Shown piece after piece: positions 26,078 to 36,344 of a stretch of DNA of 40,986 bases. Within the stretch, counting starts at the first letter, position 1; each line of letters opens with the position of its first letter. The position numbers and the translations under genes are program-made. The DNA comes from Candidatus Methylomirabilis sp. (lineage in GTDB: Bacteria > Patescibacteriota > DYJS01), in contig DYJS01000004.1 in assembly GCA_020723005.1 (NCBI GenBank), positions 1 through 40,986 of the forward strand. Reading direction: 5' to 3'. The notes under the pieces are model-generated. The model made no database searches. It was not told the DNA's origin and was given only the letters and a program-made list of their open reading frames with translations.

Positions 26078-27701
26078 AAAAATAAACTTTGTTTTAAATT
26101 TTATTATATCTATTTTTGTATTTTTATACTTTTTTTCCTTTTTTATTGTTTTGAAAAAAGAGAAAAATTTTCAAAATTTAAAAATAAAAAACATTGACTC
26201 TATAAAAACATATAACTACTCACCCCTACAAGATTCATTAAACTTTTTTTCTGAATACGAGAAAAATAAAGAAAAATTAAATTTTACAATTTTTTCAGAC
26301 CTCTCTTTGAAAAAAATCGACGAAAATCATTTTGAGATAATTGGAAGCGAAAAATTCCTTGAAAATTTAAAAAAAATAGAAAAAATAAACTTTTTTTTAA
26401 AAAAAATTATTCCAGCATCAACTTCAATTTTTGAATCTTTTCCATTTAAAAATTATTTTTTATCAGAAAAAAATTTAGAAAATTATTATAAAATTTTACC
26501 AAAAATTGAAAAAATCTCAGATGAATTTGGAAATTTTAATTATGGAATTGAAAAAATTTTTAATAATTTTGAAATTCTTCTACTTTTTCAAAATCCACTC
26601 GAAGCAAGACCCACAGGTGGTTTTATTGGTAGTTATGCATATATTAAAATTGAAAATAAAATTATTGAAATTATTGAAGTTCGTTCTAGCTATGCAATAG
26701 AAGACTATAGAAAAATTGTTGAACCACCAAGCCAAATAAAAAAAGTTTATCCAAATTGGACCTTTCGTGATTCAAATTTCTTTTTTTCTTTCGAAGAGTC
26801 TGCCAAAAAAGCAATTGAATTTTTTGGAAGAGATATTGATTCCGTTGTTTTTATCAATCCAACTTTTTTACAAATTTTTATTGAAGAGTTTGGAGATTTA
26901 AAGATTAAAGATCAAAATTTAATAATAAACAAAAAAAATATTTTTACAGGACTTGGATTTTTTGGAGAAGCAGAACATAGGAAAAATGGTTTTTATAGTG
27001 AAAATTCAAAAAATTTTCTTGGAGAAATTTTTTCAGAAATTATCAAAAAAACCTCTCAAAAAAATAATTTTTTTGAAGATAAAAATTTTTTAAATAAAAT
27101 TTTAGCATCACTTTACAAAAGAGATCTTGTTTTCTATTTTTCAGATAAAAAATTAAATTCATTAGCAAAATATCTCAGAATAGATGGAGATTTACCAAAT
27201 TATGATGAAAATTATTTTTCTTATATTGAAGCAAATCTTAGTGGCAGTAAATCGAGCTGGAACATAAAAAAAGATATTTCAATAAATATTAGTGAAGATT
27301 TTTCAAAATACGAAATTGAAATAAAATTTTTTCACACAGGAAATCAAAATTTTTTAGATGGTGATTACAATGGATTTTTTAAATTTTTTATACCACAAAA
27401 CACAAAAGATATTATTTTATCTGGATTTGACGATCCTCCAAGTATTGTTAAAACAGAAAAAATTGTTAAAAGCGTTGAAAATCAAAGATTTTTTGCTGGT
27501 GGATGGATAAAATTAAAGCCAAACGAAGAAAAAATTGTAAAAATAAAATATCAATTAAATTCAGCTGAAAACTATTTTATATTTTTTCCACAATCTGGAG
27601 CAAGAAACCAAACACTAAAAATACTTTTAAACGGAAATGTTGAAAAAATATTACAAGATCCTGTTTTGCAAGTAAAAATTATAAAAGAAAAAAAGAATTG
27701 A
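26067..27701 (+). CDS. DUF4012-like membrane-anchored protein
   Basis: N-terminal TM; LLFQNPLEARPTGGFIGSY, FRDSNF and EANLSGSKS motifs; 11-nt overlap with the NUDIX gene. Confidence 0.8.
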   Translation: MKNKKINFVLNFIISIFVFLYFFSFFIVLKKEKNFQNLKIKNIDSIKTYNYSPLQDSLNFFSEYEKNKEKLNFTIFSDLSLKKIDENHFEIIGSEKFLENLKKIEKINFFLKKIIPASTSIFESFPFKNYFLSEKNLENYYKILPKIEKISDEFGNFNYGIEKIFNNFEILLLFQNPLEARPTGGFIGSYAYIKIENKIIEIIEVRSSYAIEDYRKIVEPPSQIKKVYPNWTFRDSNFFFSFEESAKKAIEFFGRDIDSVVFINPTFLQIFIEEFGDLKIKDQNLIINKKNIFTGLGFFGEAEHRKNGFYSENSKNFLGEIFSEIIKKTSQKNNFFEDKNFLNKILASLYKRDLVFYFSDKKLNSLAKYLRIDGDLPNYDENYFSYIEANLSGSKSSWNIKKDISINISEDFSKYEIEIKFFHTGNQNFLDGDYNGFFKFFIPQNTKDIILSGFDDPPSIVKTEKIVKSVENQRFFAGGWIKLKPNEEKIVKIKYQLNSAENYFIFFPQSGARNQTLKILLNGNVEKILQDPVLQVKIIKEKKN

Positions 27702-27857
27702 AAATCTTTTTTCAGAAATAAGTTTTTCAAAAATTATTAAAAATTTTTACTAATAATTTAAACAATCTTAAATAATAAAAAATTTTAAAAAATTAACTAA
27801 AAATCCAAAATTTTTCAAAGAAATTAAATTAAACAAATTTTTTAACTTTTTTACTAT

Positions 27858-28352
27858 TCAATAATTTTTTCCAAAAAGAATGGAACTTATTTTATTTTTA
27901 ATTTTTTCAATAGATCTAAAAAATATCATTTTTGTTGCACTTTCGCTTTTCTGAATCATTTTAGATGCCTCTTTAAAAGTGAGTTTTTCCAAAATTTTTA
28001 ATTCAACAACAGATTTTTCAATATAATTTAATGATTCCGAAATTACATTTTTTAAAAAATCAAAATCCATATTTTCAAAAATATTATCTTCATTTTCAAA
28101 AATTGGTTCAAAAATTGAATCTGAAATATGAAATGTATTTTTTTTAGTTCTAAAATAATCAATTAAAGCAGAATTTGCTGTTTTGAAAAGATAACCTCTA
28201 TTTAATTTTTTATTTCTCAAAACTTTTAAAAATGTTTCTTGACACAGATCTAAAGAATCGTTTTCCGATCCTGTTCTTAAAAAAAAGTATCTATAAATTG
28301 AATTTATATTTTCTATATAAAAATTTTCAAAATCAAAATCCATCTTTTTCAA
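27858..28352 (-). CDS. ECF-type sigma-70 factor
   Basis: IYRYFFLR, DLCQETFLKV, YLFKTANSALIDYFR and a region-4 HTH. Confidence 0.85.
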   Translation of the reverse strand: MKKMDFDFENFYIENINSIYRYFFLRTGSENDSLDLCQETFLKVLRNKKLNRGYLFKTANSALIDYFRTKKNTFHISDSIFEPIFENEDNIFENMDFDFLKNVISESLNYIEKSVVELKILEKLTFKEASKMIQKSESATKMIFFRSIEKIKNKISSILFGKNY

Positions 28353-28480
28353 AATCTTTCATAAAAAAGCTACTTTTAAAAATAAATTAGTAAAGCAGAG
28401 TTTTAAAAATTAAATTTAAAAATTTTAAAAACTCTTGATGAATTTTCTGAATCTTTTAGAGAGTCTTCGTAATTTGAATT

Positions 28481-28552
28481 GCGGGTATAGTATAACGGCT
28501 ATTACATCGCCTTGCCAAGGCGAAGATAGGGGTTCGACCCTCCTTACCCGCT
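28481..28552 (+). tRNA. tRNA-Gly(GCC)
   Basis: Acceptor GCGGGTA/TACCCGC; anticodon arm TCGCC-TTGCCAA-GGCGA. Confidence 0.96.
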
Positions 28553-28703
28553 CAAAAAAGGCTCATTTAAAAATAAAGAGAGAATTTTTTGTTTTATAAA
28601 AAAGCATAACTGCTTAATTAAAAAATTTAAATTTATAATAAAGTTTTTTATTTCAAGTTTTATCTTTCCTTAATCATCTTTTGTATTTGTAAACTTCTCA
28701 AAG

Positions 28704-30152
28704 ATGGACTTTTTGAAATTTGATTTTAGAGAGAAAAAGATAACAAAAATTTTGAGAAAAAGTAGAAACAATAAATCAAATGATTATGAATTTGGATTTT
28801 CTGTTTCTCATAAACCTTTTGCAAAAACGAGTGGAAAAATTTCAGAAAAAATTGTTCGTGAAATGAGTAAAATTAAAGACGAACCAAGTTGGGTTTTGGA
28901 ATTCCGTTTGAAATCTTTAGAAGTTTTCAATTCTATGCCAATGCCAAATTTTGGACCAAATCTTTCTGAAATTGATTTTGAAAAAATTAATTACTACATC
29001 AAACCAACTGATAAAAATTTTAACTCTTGGGACGAAGTTCCAAAGGAGATAAAAGAAACTTTTGAAAAAATTGGAGTTCCTGAACATGAAAGAAAATTTT
29101 TTGCAGGAGTTGAAGCACAATTTGACAGCGAAGTAGTTTATTCAAAAGCAAAAGAATATCTAGAAAAACTTGGAGTAATTTTTTTAAGCATTGATGAAGC
29201 AATAAAAAAATTTCCAGAAATTGTTAAAAGGTATTTTGCAAAAATTGTTTTTCCAGAAGATAATAAATTTTCTGCACTGAACTCAACTTTTTTTTCTGGT
29301 GGAAGTTTTGTGTATATTCCAAAAAATGTAAAAGTTGATTTACCACTACAAGCATATTTTCGCATAAACTCTAAAAGTTTTGGACAATTTGAAAGGACTT
29401 TGATAATCGCAGAAGAAAATTCAAGTGTTTCCTATTTGGAAGGTTGCACGGCACCAATTTATAAAAAAGATTCTCTTCACTCTGCAGTCGTTGAAGTGGT
29501 TGTTGAAAAAAATGCAAGTGTCCAATATACAACAATTCAAAATTGGAGTAAAAATGTTTTTAACCTTGTGACAAAAAGAGCTTTAGTTTTTGAAAATGGA
29601 AAAATGGAATGGGTAGATGGAAATTTGGGTAGTAAAATTACAATGAAATATCCAAGCTGTATTTTACAAGGAAAAAATTCTCACGGAGAGATAATTTCTA
29701 TTTCTCTTGCTGGAGATGGGCAAATTCAAGACACTGGAACAAAAATGATTCACATAGGTGAAAATTCTACAAGTAGAGTTATTGCAAAATCTATTTGCAA
29801 AGATGGGGGAATTGCAAATTATCGTGGAAAAATTGATATGAAAATGAGAACAAAAAATTCAAAAAGTTCTGTTTCTTGCGATGCTTTAATACTTGATGAA
29901 AAATCCAAAACTTCAACTTTTCCAAAAAATATTCAAAATGGAGAAAATTCTACAATTGAGCATGAAGCAAGGATCAGTAAAATTTCTGAAGAAAAACTTT
30001 TTTACTTACAATCTCGAGGAATTCCCCAAGAAAAATCTTTTTCAATAGTCGTCCAAGGTTTTCTTGCACCAATGATAAAAAATTTACCAATTGATTATGC
30101 TGTTGAATTAAAAAAACTCATTGATTTGGAGATGGTTGGAAGTGTAGGATAA
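28704..30152 (+). CDS. sufB: Fe-S cluster assembly protein SufB
   Basis: PLQAYFRIN, GQFERTLII, EGCTAP, LHSAVVE, TIQNW, TMKYPS, EHEA and EMVGSVG. Confidence 0.97.
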   Translation: MDFLKFDFREKKITKILRKSRNNKSNDYEFGFSVSHKPFAKTSGKISEKIVREMSKIKDEPSWVLEFRLKSLEVFNSMPMPNFGPNLSEIDFEKINYYIKPTDKNFNSWDEVPKEIKETFEKIGVPEHERKFFAGVEAQFDSEVVYSKAKEYLEKLGVIFLSIDEAIKKFPEIVKRYFAKIVFPEDNKFSALNSTFFSGGSFVYIPKNVKVDLPLQAYFRINSKSFGQFERTLIIAEENSSVSYLEGCTAPIYKKDSLHSAVVEVVVEKNASVQYTTIQNWSKNVFNLVTKRALVFENGKMEWVDGNLGSKITMKYPSCILQGKNSHGEIISISLAGDGQIQDTGTKMIHIGENSTSRVIAKSICKDGGIANYRGKIDMKMRTKNSKSSVSCDALILDEKSKTSTFPKNIQNGENSTIEHEARISKISEEKLFYLQSRGIPQEKSFSIVVQGFLAPMIKNLPIDYAVELKKLIDLEMVGSVG

Positions 30153-30179
30153 AAAATCAAAATCAAAATATAACTCTTA

Positions 30180-30569
30180 CTATTTATCAAAACGCTCACC
30201 TTTATAAATAATTTGTGCATCTCTAACTTGATTTGTTTCAAATCGTGTTCCACATTTTCTACATAAAAAAAGAAATGATTTTTTACTACGGAAATCTTCT
30301 TCTTTTATTCTTAATAATGTAACATTTGCTCCACAAATTGGACACCTTGCTTCTACATCACACAACCCATCTCTTTTCATCCAATCATTCACTGTTGAAA
30401 AAGTGTGATCTGGTTGTATAATCCGCATCGTATATTCAACACCATTTTCTCCTTCTGAAATACTTTCATCATTAAGTCTTTTACCACAAAAACTACAAAG
30501 TGCTTCTTCTGAAATATATATATTATCTTTACCACAATGGGGACAAATTTTTGTTTTTAATTCACTCAT
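30180..30569 (-). CDS. Hypothetical double zinc-ribbon protein
   Basis: Four CxxC motifs (CPHC, CSFC, CPIC, CRKC) in 129 aa. Confidence 0.75.
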   Translation of the reverse strand: MSELKTKICPHCGKDNIYISEEALCSFCGKRLNDESISEGENGVEYTMRIIQPDHTFSTVNDWMKRDGLCDVEARCPICGANVTLLRIKEEDFRSKKSFLFLCRKCGTRFETNQVRDAQIIYKGERFDK

Positions 30570-30793
30570 ATTATTTTTATAAAACTTTTAATCTTTTCGT
30601 ATTTCACTCTACAAAAAAAAACAAAGTCAACTTTTTAACATAAAACTTTTAATTTAGTAATTGTTATTTTTTTATAAAATTTTCATTAAAAATAAAAATT
30701 TTTCTTAACAAAATAAATAAAAGAATTTATATTTGAAACACTTGACTAAAAATTATCAAATTATAGTAAAAGATTAGATTTTTAAAAAATATT

Positions 30794-31222
30794 ATGGCAA
30801 AAAAAATTAAGACAAAAATTAAACTTCAAATTCAAGCAGGAAAAGCAAACCCTGCACCACCAGTTGGACCAGCACTTGGACAACATGGTCTTCAAATTAT
30901 GGATTTTTGTAACAAATTTAATACTGTAACAAAAGAGAAAGGAGACACAATTTTACCTGTTGTAATCACTGTTTATGAAGATAAAACTTATGATTTTATT
31001 GTAAAAGCTCCTCCAGCATCCGAACTCCTTAAAAAGGCTTCGGGAATCTCTAAAGGTTCTGAAAAACCAAATAAAGAGAAGATTGGGAAAATCACAAAAT
31101 CTAAACTTGAAGAAATCACAAAAGTAAAAATGCCAGATTTAAATGCATATGATCTAGAAAGTGGAATGAAAATTATTGCTGGAACTGCAAAGCAGATGGG
31201 AATAGAAATTATTGAAGGATAA
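30794..31222 (+). CDS. rplK: 50S ribosomal protein L11
   Basis: [30 protein letters not shown] and IAGTAKQMG. Confidence 0.98.
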   Translation: MAKKIKTKIKLQIQAGKANPAPPVGPALGQHGLQIMDFCNKFNTVTKEKGDTILPVVITVYEDKTYDFIVKAPPASELLKKASGISKGSEKPNKEKIGKITKSKLEEITKVKMPDLNAYDLESGMKIIAGTAKQMGIEIIEG

Positions 31223-31232
31223 ATTTTTGAAA

Positions 31233-32414
31233 ATGAAAAATTTTAAATTAAAAAACTTTTTTCTTGTATTTTTACTATCTGCAATTTCTCTCTCTGCTTG
31301 CGAACTTAAAAAAAAGAACAATAGCACAACATCTTCTAAGAATAGCAATTCAACAAACAAAAACACAAAAGATGCCGAAACTAAAAAAGAAGATATTGTA
31401 ATAAACATAGAAAACTCTGTTTTTTCAAATTCTTTTTTTTATTCTAACACAGGTAAGGAAAGCGAATCTTCTAAAGTTGAGCCATTAACAAAAATTAAGT
31501 CTGAAATTAAAAAACAAGCCACTGATATAAAAAGTGAAAAATTAGCCTTTAGCTTCAGTTACAATCCATACTATCCAAAAATTTTTATTTTAGTTGGAGA
31601 TTCATCTCAATTTAACAATTTTCAACCATATCAAAAGATATTTATCTCTGATATTGATGGAAAAAATGTGAAGATGATTTATTCTCTTAAGCAAAATGAT
31701 GAGAATAAAGAAAACTATATTTCAGGATTTACATTTTCTAGTGATGGAAAAAGTGAAGCAGGATGGATTGAACAAGACAGATCGAGAGAAGATTTTCCAA
31801 CGAGAATAAAAGTTGTAAACCTTCAGGAACTTTTTAATGATTCAAAATCAGTTTCCTTTAATGAGTTTGAGCTGGATTCTGATTTTGGATTTTTCTCAAA
31901 TTTTTTAGCTATTCAAGAAGATAAATTTATTTTCAAATCTGATAAGATAGCCGGAGAGAAATATGGAGATTCTATTTTAAATTATGCTTTAAGAACATCA
32001 AATGTTCTTAAACCAAAACCATATCTATTTATTAAAGATGCTATTGAAACCTTAAAAATAAAAGATTCATCAGTTGAAATAGGACATCTTTTTTCAAGCA
32101 TAAAATCGTCTTCAAAAAATACTATATTCTTTTCTCTTATCACAAATTCTAAGTCAGAAACATCTTCTCATATCATTCAACAAGATGAACCGGGAAACTT
32201 TAGGATTATAAAAACTTTTAAAGAGAAAAATTTTGTTTGTCAGCCACAAATATCAATAAGAAGCAAAATTCCTTGCATTCAATTAGATTTTGATTCTGAA
32301 ACAGATTCATCAACACTTGTTCAACTTGATGTTTCAACAGGAAAAATTTTAGAAATAGCAAAAGATAAAAAAGTTTCTGAATTAGGATTTAACCCTATTT
32401 GGTGGGAAGTTTAA
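31233..32414 (+). CDS. Putative lipoprotein (possible beta-propeller/TolB-like)
   Basis: From ATG 31233: basic n-region, hydrophobic core, LSAC lipobox and S/N/T linker; FSSDGK-type motifs. Confidence 0.75.
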   Translation: MKNFKLKNFFLVFLLSAISLSACELKKKNNSTTSSKNSNSTNKNTKDAETKKEDIVINIENSVFSNSFFYSNTGKESESSKVEPLTKIKSEIKKQATDIKSEKLAFSFSYNPYYPKIFILVGDSSQFNNFQPYQKIFISDIDGKNVKMIYSLKQNDENKENYISGFTFSSDGKSEAGWIEQDRSREDFPTRIKVVNLQELFNDSKSVSFNEFELDSDFGFFSNFLAIQEDKFIFKSDKIAGEKYGDSILNYALRTSNVLKPKPYLFIKDAIETLKIKDSSVEIGHLFSSIKSSSKNTIFFSLITNSKSETSSHIIQQDEPGNFRIIKTFKEKNFVCQPQISIRSKIPCIQLDFDSETDSSTLVQLDVSTGKILEIAKDKKVSELGFNPIWWEV

Positions 32415-33739
32415 AACCTTTAAAAAATAGTAATTTAATTATATTAATTATTTTTCTTTTATTTTTTTCTATTGCTCTTCTACTTGATAACCAAAAAAAA
32501 GAAAAAATAATTTCTGAAATCTCTAAAAAGATATCGATTGAAAGAAAGAAAAATGATAATTTGGAGATGAAAATTTTAGATTTTGAATCTAAAAAAAACA
32601 TTACTACGGATAAAAAATTAGAAAATTTAAACGAAACTGAGTTTCAGAAATCATTATCAGAAATCTTTGAAAATGTTAAAATTTTAAGAAAACTTGATGG
32701 TGAAATTCCAAAAAATATCTCCAAAAAAAGCAAAGAGGAGATAAAAGACTTTGTAAAGTCAGATCTTTTGTCAAAAAAATCTTCGATAGATTCTAAAAAT
32801 TCTTTATATAAAATTTTATTTTTAGTTCCAAAAGATTTTTCATATTTTGATATACTAGTTCAAACATTTCAAGAACAAGTAGCTGGATTTTATAATTCTA
32901 CAAATAAATCTTTGGTTGTTGTTTCAGAAAACGAAAAATACAAAACACCAACGATCTCTGATGCAGAAACATATATTTTATCACATGAATTTATTCATGT
33001 TTTACAAGATCAAAATTTTGGACTAGATAATGTTTTAAACAATTTTTCTGATGATTCTTTAATTGCCAGAACAGCTTTGGTTGAAGGTGATGCAACATAT
33101 TTTATGAATTTATATAAAGATAAATTTAATTTAAAAATTATAAATTCCTCTTCCGAACTTGTTTCGTCCAAAAACTTAGAAAAAGCTCCATTTGTTGTTT
33201 GGCAAGATATCGTTTTTCCATACACAGAAGGATACGATTTTGTTTCTAAAGTTATATCTCAAAAAGGAGATCTTTTTATCAATGATTTATACAAAAACCC
33301 TCCATCTTCTACTGAGCAAATAATTCATCCAGAAAAATACTTTTCAAGAGAAATTGGAGAAGATATCGTTTTTAATTTAAACTCTATTTTTTCAGAAAAA
33401 GAGTGGATAGAAACAGATTCTTTTACAGGAGGAGAACTTTTTTTTAGAACATTTTTTAGAACTCATATTGGAGATAATTTTGATTATTGTTCTGAAGGTT
33501 GGAATGGTGATAAAATATACTTCTTTCAATCTTACGAAAATTCAAATTTTAAAAAAGTTATTTTTCTAAATAAATTTGATTCAGAAAAAGATAAAATTGA
33601 ATTTCTTGATTGCTTAAACTCTGTTAGATCTAAAAATTTAAATTTTTGTTCAACAACATGCTCAATAAATCAAACTAGAGTATCATACAAAAAGCTAGAA
33701 AACGATACAATTTTAACTGAATTTTACTCAAAAACATAA
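32399..33739 (+). CDS. Membrane-anchored zincin-like metallopeptidase
   Basis: N-terminal TM; VAGFY, LSHEFIHVLQDQNF (HExxH), ALVEGDA, FPY.EG and PPSSTEQIIHPEKY. Confidence 0.8.
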   Translation: MVGSLKPLKNSNLIILIIFLLFFSIALLLDNQKKEKIISEISKKISIERKKNDNLEMKILDFESKKNITTDKKLENLNETEFQKSLSEIFENVKILRKLDGEIPKNISKKSKEEIKDFVKSDLLSKKSSIDSKNSLYKILFLVPKDFSYFDILVQTFQEQVAGFYNSTNKSLVVVSENEKYKTPTISDAETYILSHEFIHVLQDQNFGLDNVLNNFSDDSLIARTALVEGDATYFMNLYKDKFNLKIINSSSELVSSKNLEKAPFVVWQDIVFPYTEGYDFVSKVISQKGDLFINDLYKNPPSSTEQIIHPEKYFSREIGEDIVFNLNSIFSEKEWIETDSFTGGELFFRTFFRTHIGDNFDYCSEGWNGDKIYFFQSYENSNFKKVIFLNKFDSEKDKIEFLDCLNSVRSKNLNFCSTTCSINQTRVSYKKLENDTILTEFYSKT

Positions 33740-33914
33740 ACCTTAAATTATTAAAATTACAAATTTTACCTCTAAAAATTTGATAACAGGGAAAGATTCT
33801 GTTTATTAAAAATGTTTTTAAAATTAAAAAAAATTAAATTTTAAAAAATAAAAATATCTCTTAATTTTCACTAAGTAAAAAAACCTATTTTCTAATTTAA
33901 AAAGTTTTAATTTG

Positions 33915-33986
33915 AGCGGGTAAGGAGAATCGAACCCCTATCTTCTGCTTGGAAGGCAGACATAATAGCCTTTATACTATACCCGC
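33915..33986 (-). tRNA. tRNA-Gly(TCC)
   Basis: Acceptor GCGGGTA/TACCCGC; anticodon arm TCTGC-CTTCCAA-GCAGA. Confidence 0.96.
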
Positions 33987-33991
33987 ATTTT

Positions 33992-34420
33992 TTATTCTAA
34001 CGAATCGCTAGAATTATTCGAATCTATCAAAACCTGATCATCATTTTGAAATGTAAGAACCTCACTTTTTCCAACAAAAACAGCTCCGGGTTCAATTCCT
34101 AAAACCTTAACACTAATATTTCCAAAAACTTTTCCAGACGAAAGAATGTGCAATTCTTCAGATGAAATATTTTCAGCATTTACAGTTCCAGAAACAATTA
34201 TTTTTTTTCCAAAAACTTTTCCACCTTTAACTTGAGAACTTATTCCAATAACAACTGTGCCATCAACTTTTATATTACCCTCTAAAATTCCATCTAATTG
34301 AACATCACCTTCTGAAATAAGATCTCCTACAATTTTTACAGAAGATCCAACAATTGTTCCATTGTCAGAAGATCTTTGCAAAGAATCATCCGAATTGTCT
34401 TGTTTTGTCAAAAATTTCAT
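33992..34420 (-). CDS. Bactofilin (polymer-forming cytoskeletal protein)
   Basis: TIVG..VKIVGDL..EGDVQLDG.LEGNI, IVSGTV and IEPGAVFVG. Confidence 0.9.
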   Translation of the reverse strand: MKFLTKQDNSDDSLQRSSDNGTIVGSSVKIVGDLISEGDVQLDGILEGNIKVDGTVVIGISSQVKGGKVFGKKIIVSGTVNAENISSEELHILSSGKVFGNISVKVLGIEPGAVFVGKSEVLTFQNDDQVLIDSNNSSDSLE

Positions 34421-34434
34421 TTGTAAAAATTAGT

Positions 34435-34902
34435 TTATTTTTTTAAAAAACCACTTAAAATTTCAACCTCTTCTGGAGAAAGTTGAGCTGATGAATTCTT
34501 GGCAACGATCTCCTTTCCAAAAACTTTTGAAATCTCTCTGCTAAAAAGACTTGTGATAATCACTCCATCACCTTTTTCATCTAAAAGTGCAAGCGAAAAA
34601 CTTTGATTTCCACCAGTATCTCCAAAAGGATTATATCTTTTTATAACTGGTGTTCCCACTTTACTTTTTAAAGAGTTTAAAACAAAGTCAATAGTTAAAT
34701 TAATTTTTTGAATCTCTTTTTGAGCATCCTTGAGATCTTTTTTAAGTATTTCAGTTTCAGAAATATGCCTTCCGATTATGCTATTATTAAATTTTTTTTG
34801 CAAAGAAGATAATTTAAAAAACAAAATTATCAAAAGTATTCCGAAAAAAATAGTTGTAAATATAAAAAAATATAAAAAAATATCTAAATACTCTCTTATC
34901 AT
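34435..34902 (-). CDS. DUF4446-like protein
   Basis: N-terminal TM, coiled coil, RYNPFGDTGGNQSFSLALLD..GDG and LSPEE. Confidence 0.85.
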   Translation of the reverse strand: MIREYLDIFLYFFIFTTIFFGILLIILFFKLSSLQKKFNNSIIGRHISETEILKKDLKDAQKEIQKINLTIDFVLNSLKSKVGTPVIKRYNPFGDTGGNQSFSLALLDEKGDGVIITSLFSREISKVFGKEIVAKNSSAQLSPEEVEILSGFLKK

Positions 34903-34907
34903 AATTT

Positions 34908-36344
34908 CTAATTATCTTCTAAATAAGTTTTCAATCTTCTGCCTCTTGGATGAACCTGTATCTTTTGCAAAGCCTTTGCTTCTATCTGTCGAATTCTCTC
35001 TCTCGTTACTCCAAATTCTTGCCCAACAGATTCAAGAGTTCTTGGTTGTCCATCTAAAAGTCCAAAACGAAGTTCTAAAACTCTTCTCTCTCTTTGTGAT
35101 AAAATATCTAAAACAGATAAAACATCTTCTCTTAAAAGCTGAACAGATGTTGATGCATACGGTGTTGAGTTTGGTTTTGTATCTTCTAAAAAATCAGAAA
35201 GTTTTGAGTCAGAATCTTCTCCAATTGATGCTTCAGTTGAGATAATTTTCTGCGAAATTCTACGAATCTTCTCTGCTTCTTCTTTATCAATATTTAATTC
35301 ACTTGCAAGCTCATCAACTGTTGGTTCTCTACCAAGTTCTTGCATTAAAGCTCTATGAGTTTTTCGAAATCTGTTGATGATATTTACCATATGAACAGGA
35401 ATTCTGATAGTTCTACTTTGGTCTGCAATTGCTCTTGTTACAGCTTGACGAATCCACCATGTCGCATAAGTTGAAAATTTATAACCTTTATAATAATCAA
35501 ATTTTTCAACTGCACGAAGAAGACCAATATTTCCTTCTTGAATCAAGTCTAAAAACGAAATACCTCTTCCTGTATATTTTTTTGCAATTGAAACGACCAA
35601 TCTCAAATTTGCTTGAATAATTCTCTTTCTTGCAACTTCGTTTCCTAGCTCAAGCTGTTTTGCAAGTTCAACTTCATCTTCAGCAGATAAAAGTTCAGTT
35701 TTTCCAATCTCTTTTAGATATCTTCTAACTGAATCATCTTTAATTGAATCAAGCTCAGCTTCTATATTTAGAGTTCCTTCTAAAACATTGTTTCTCTCAA
35801 TTTTCTTCAATTCATTTTCAACATCTTCATCATCTAAAACACGAAGTCCAATCAGAAAAACAACTTCAAAAAATTCATCCAAAACATCAACCTCATCTTC
35901 AGCTTCTGGAAATTCAACAAGTATTTCATCAATTGTTAAAAACCCTTTTGCTTCACCTCGTTTAATCAGTTTTTTTAAGTTTTCAGAGAAATGAACAAAT
36001 TTTGGTCTTTTTGGAGTTGGATTAATTGCACTACCTCTTCCATCTTTTTTTTCACGAGGATTTTTTAAACCAGTTTTATGATGTGGTTTAACTCCATCTT
36101 CAACTCCATCTTCATCTTCTTCACCCAATTCTTCTTCAGGATCTATGTCTGACGATTCTTCATCAGAAAAGGACTCTTCATCTTCTGTTTCGTCTGAACT
36201 CAAAAGATCATCATCAAAATCTTCCTCTTCTTCAAGACTCATTGTCGAACCAAGCTCATCTAAATCTGCCAAAGCTTCATCATAATCAAGTTGATCAGCA
36301 AAGCTAACATTTTTTTTCTTTTTTCTATTGTCTAATTTGGCCAC
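34908..36344 (-). CDS. rpoD: Primary sigma factor RpoD
   Basis: [45 protein letters not shown] and [10 protein letters not shown]; GTG start overlaps the dnaG end. Confidence 0.97.
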   Translation of the reverse strand: MAKLDNRKKKKNVSFADQLDYDEALADLDELGSTMSLEEEEDFDDDLLSSDETEDEESFSDEESSDIDPEEELGEEDEDGVEDGVKPHHKTGLKNPREKKDGRGSAINPTPKRPKFVHFSENLKKLIKRGEAKGFLTIDEILVEFPEAEDEVDVLDEFFEVVFLIGLRVLDDEDVENELKKIERNNVLEGTLNIEAELDSIKDDSVRRYLKEIGKTELLSAEDEVELAKQLELGNEVARKRIIQANLRLVVSIAKKYTGRGISFLDLIQEGNIGLLRAVEKFDYYKGYKFSTYATWWIRQAVTRAIADQSRTIRIPVHMVNIINRFRKTHRALMQELGREPTVDELASELNIDKEEAEKIRRISQKIISTEASIGEDSDSKLSDFLEDTKPNSTPYASTSVQLLREDVLSVLDILSQRERRVLELRFGLLDGQPRTLESVGQEFGVTRERIRQIEAKALQKIQVHPRGRRLKTYLEDN

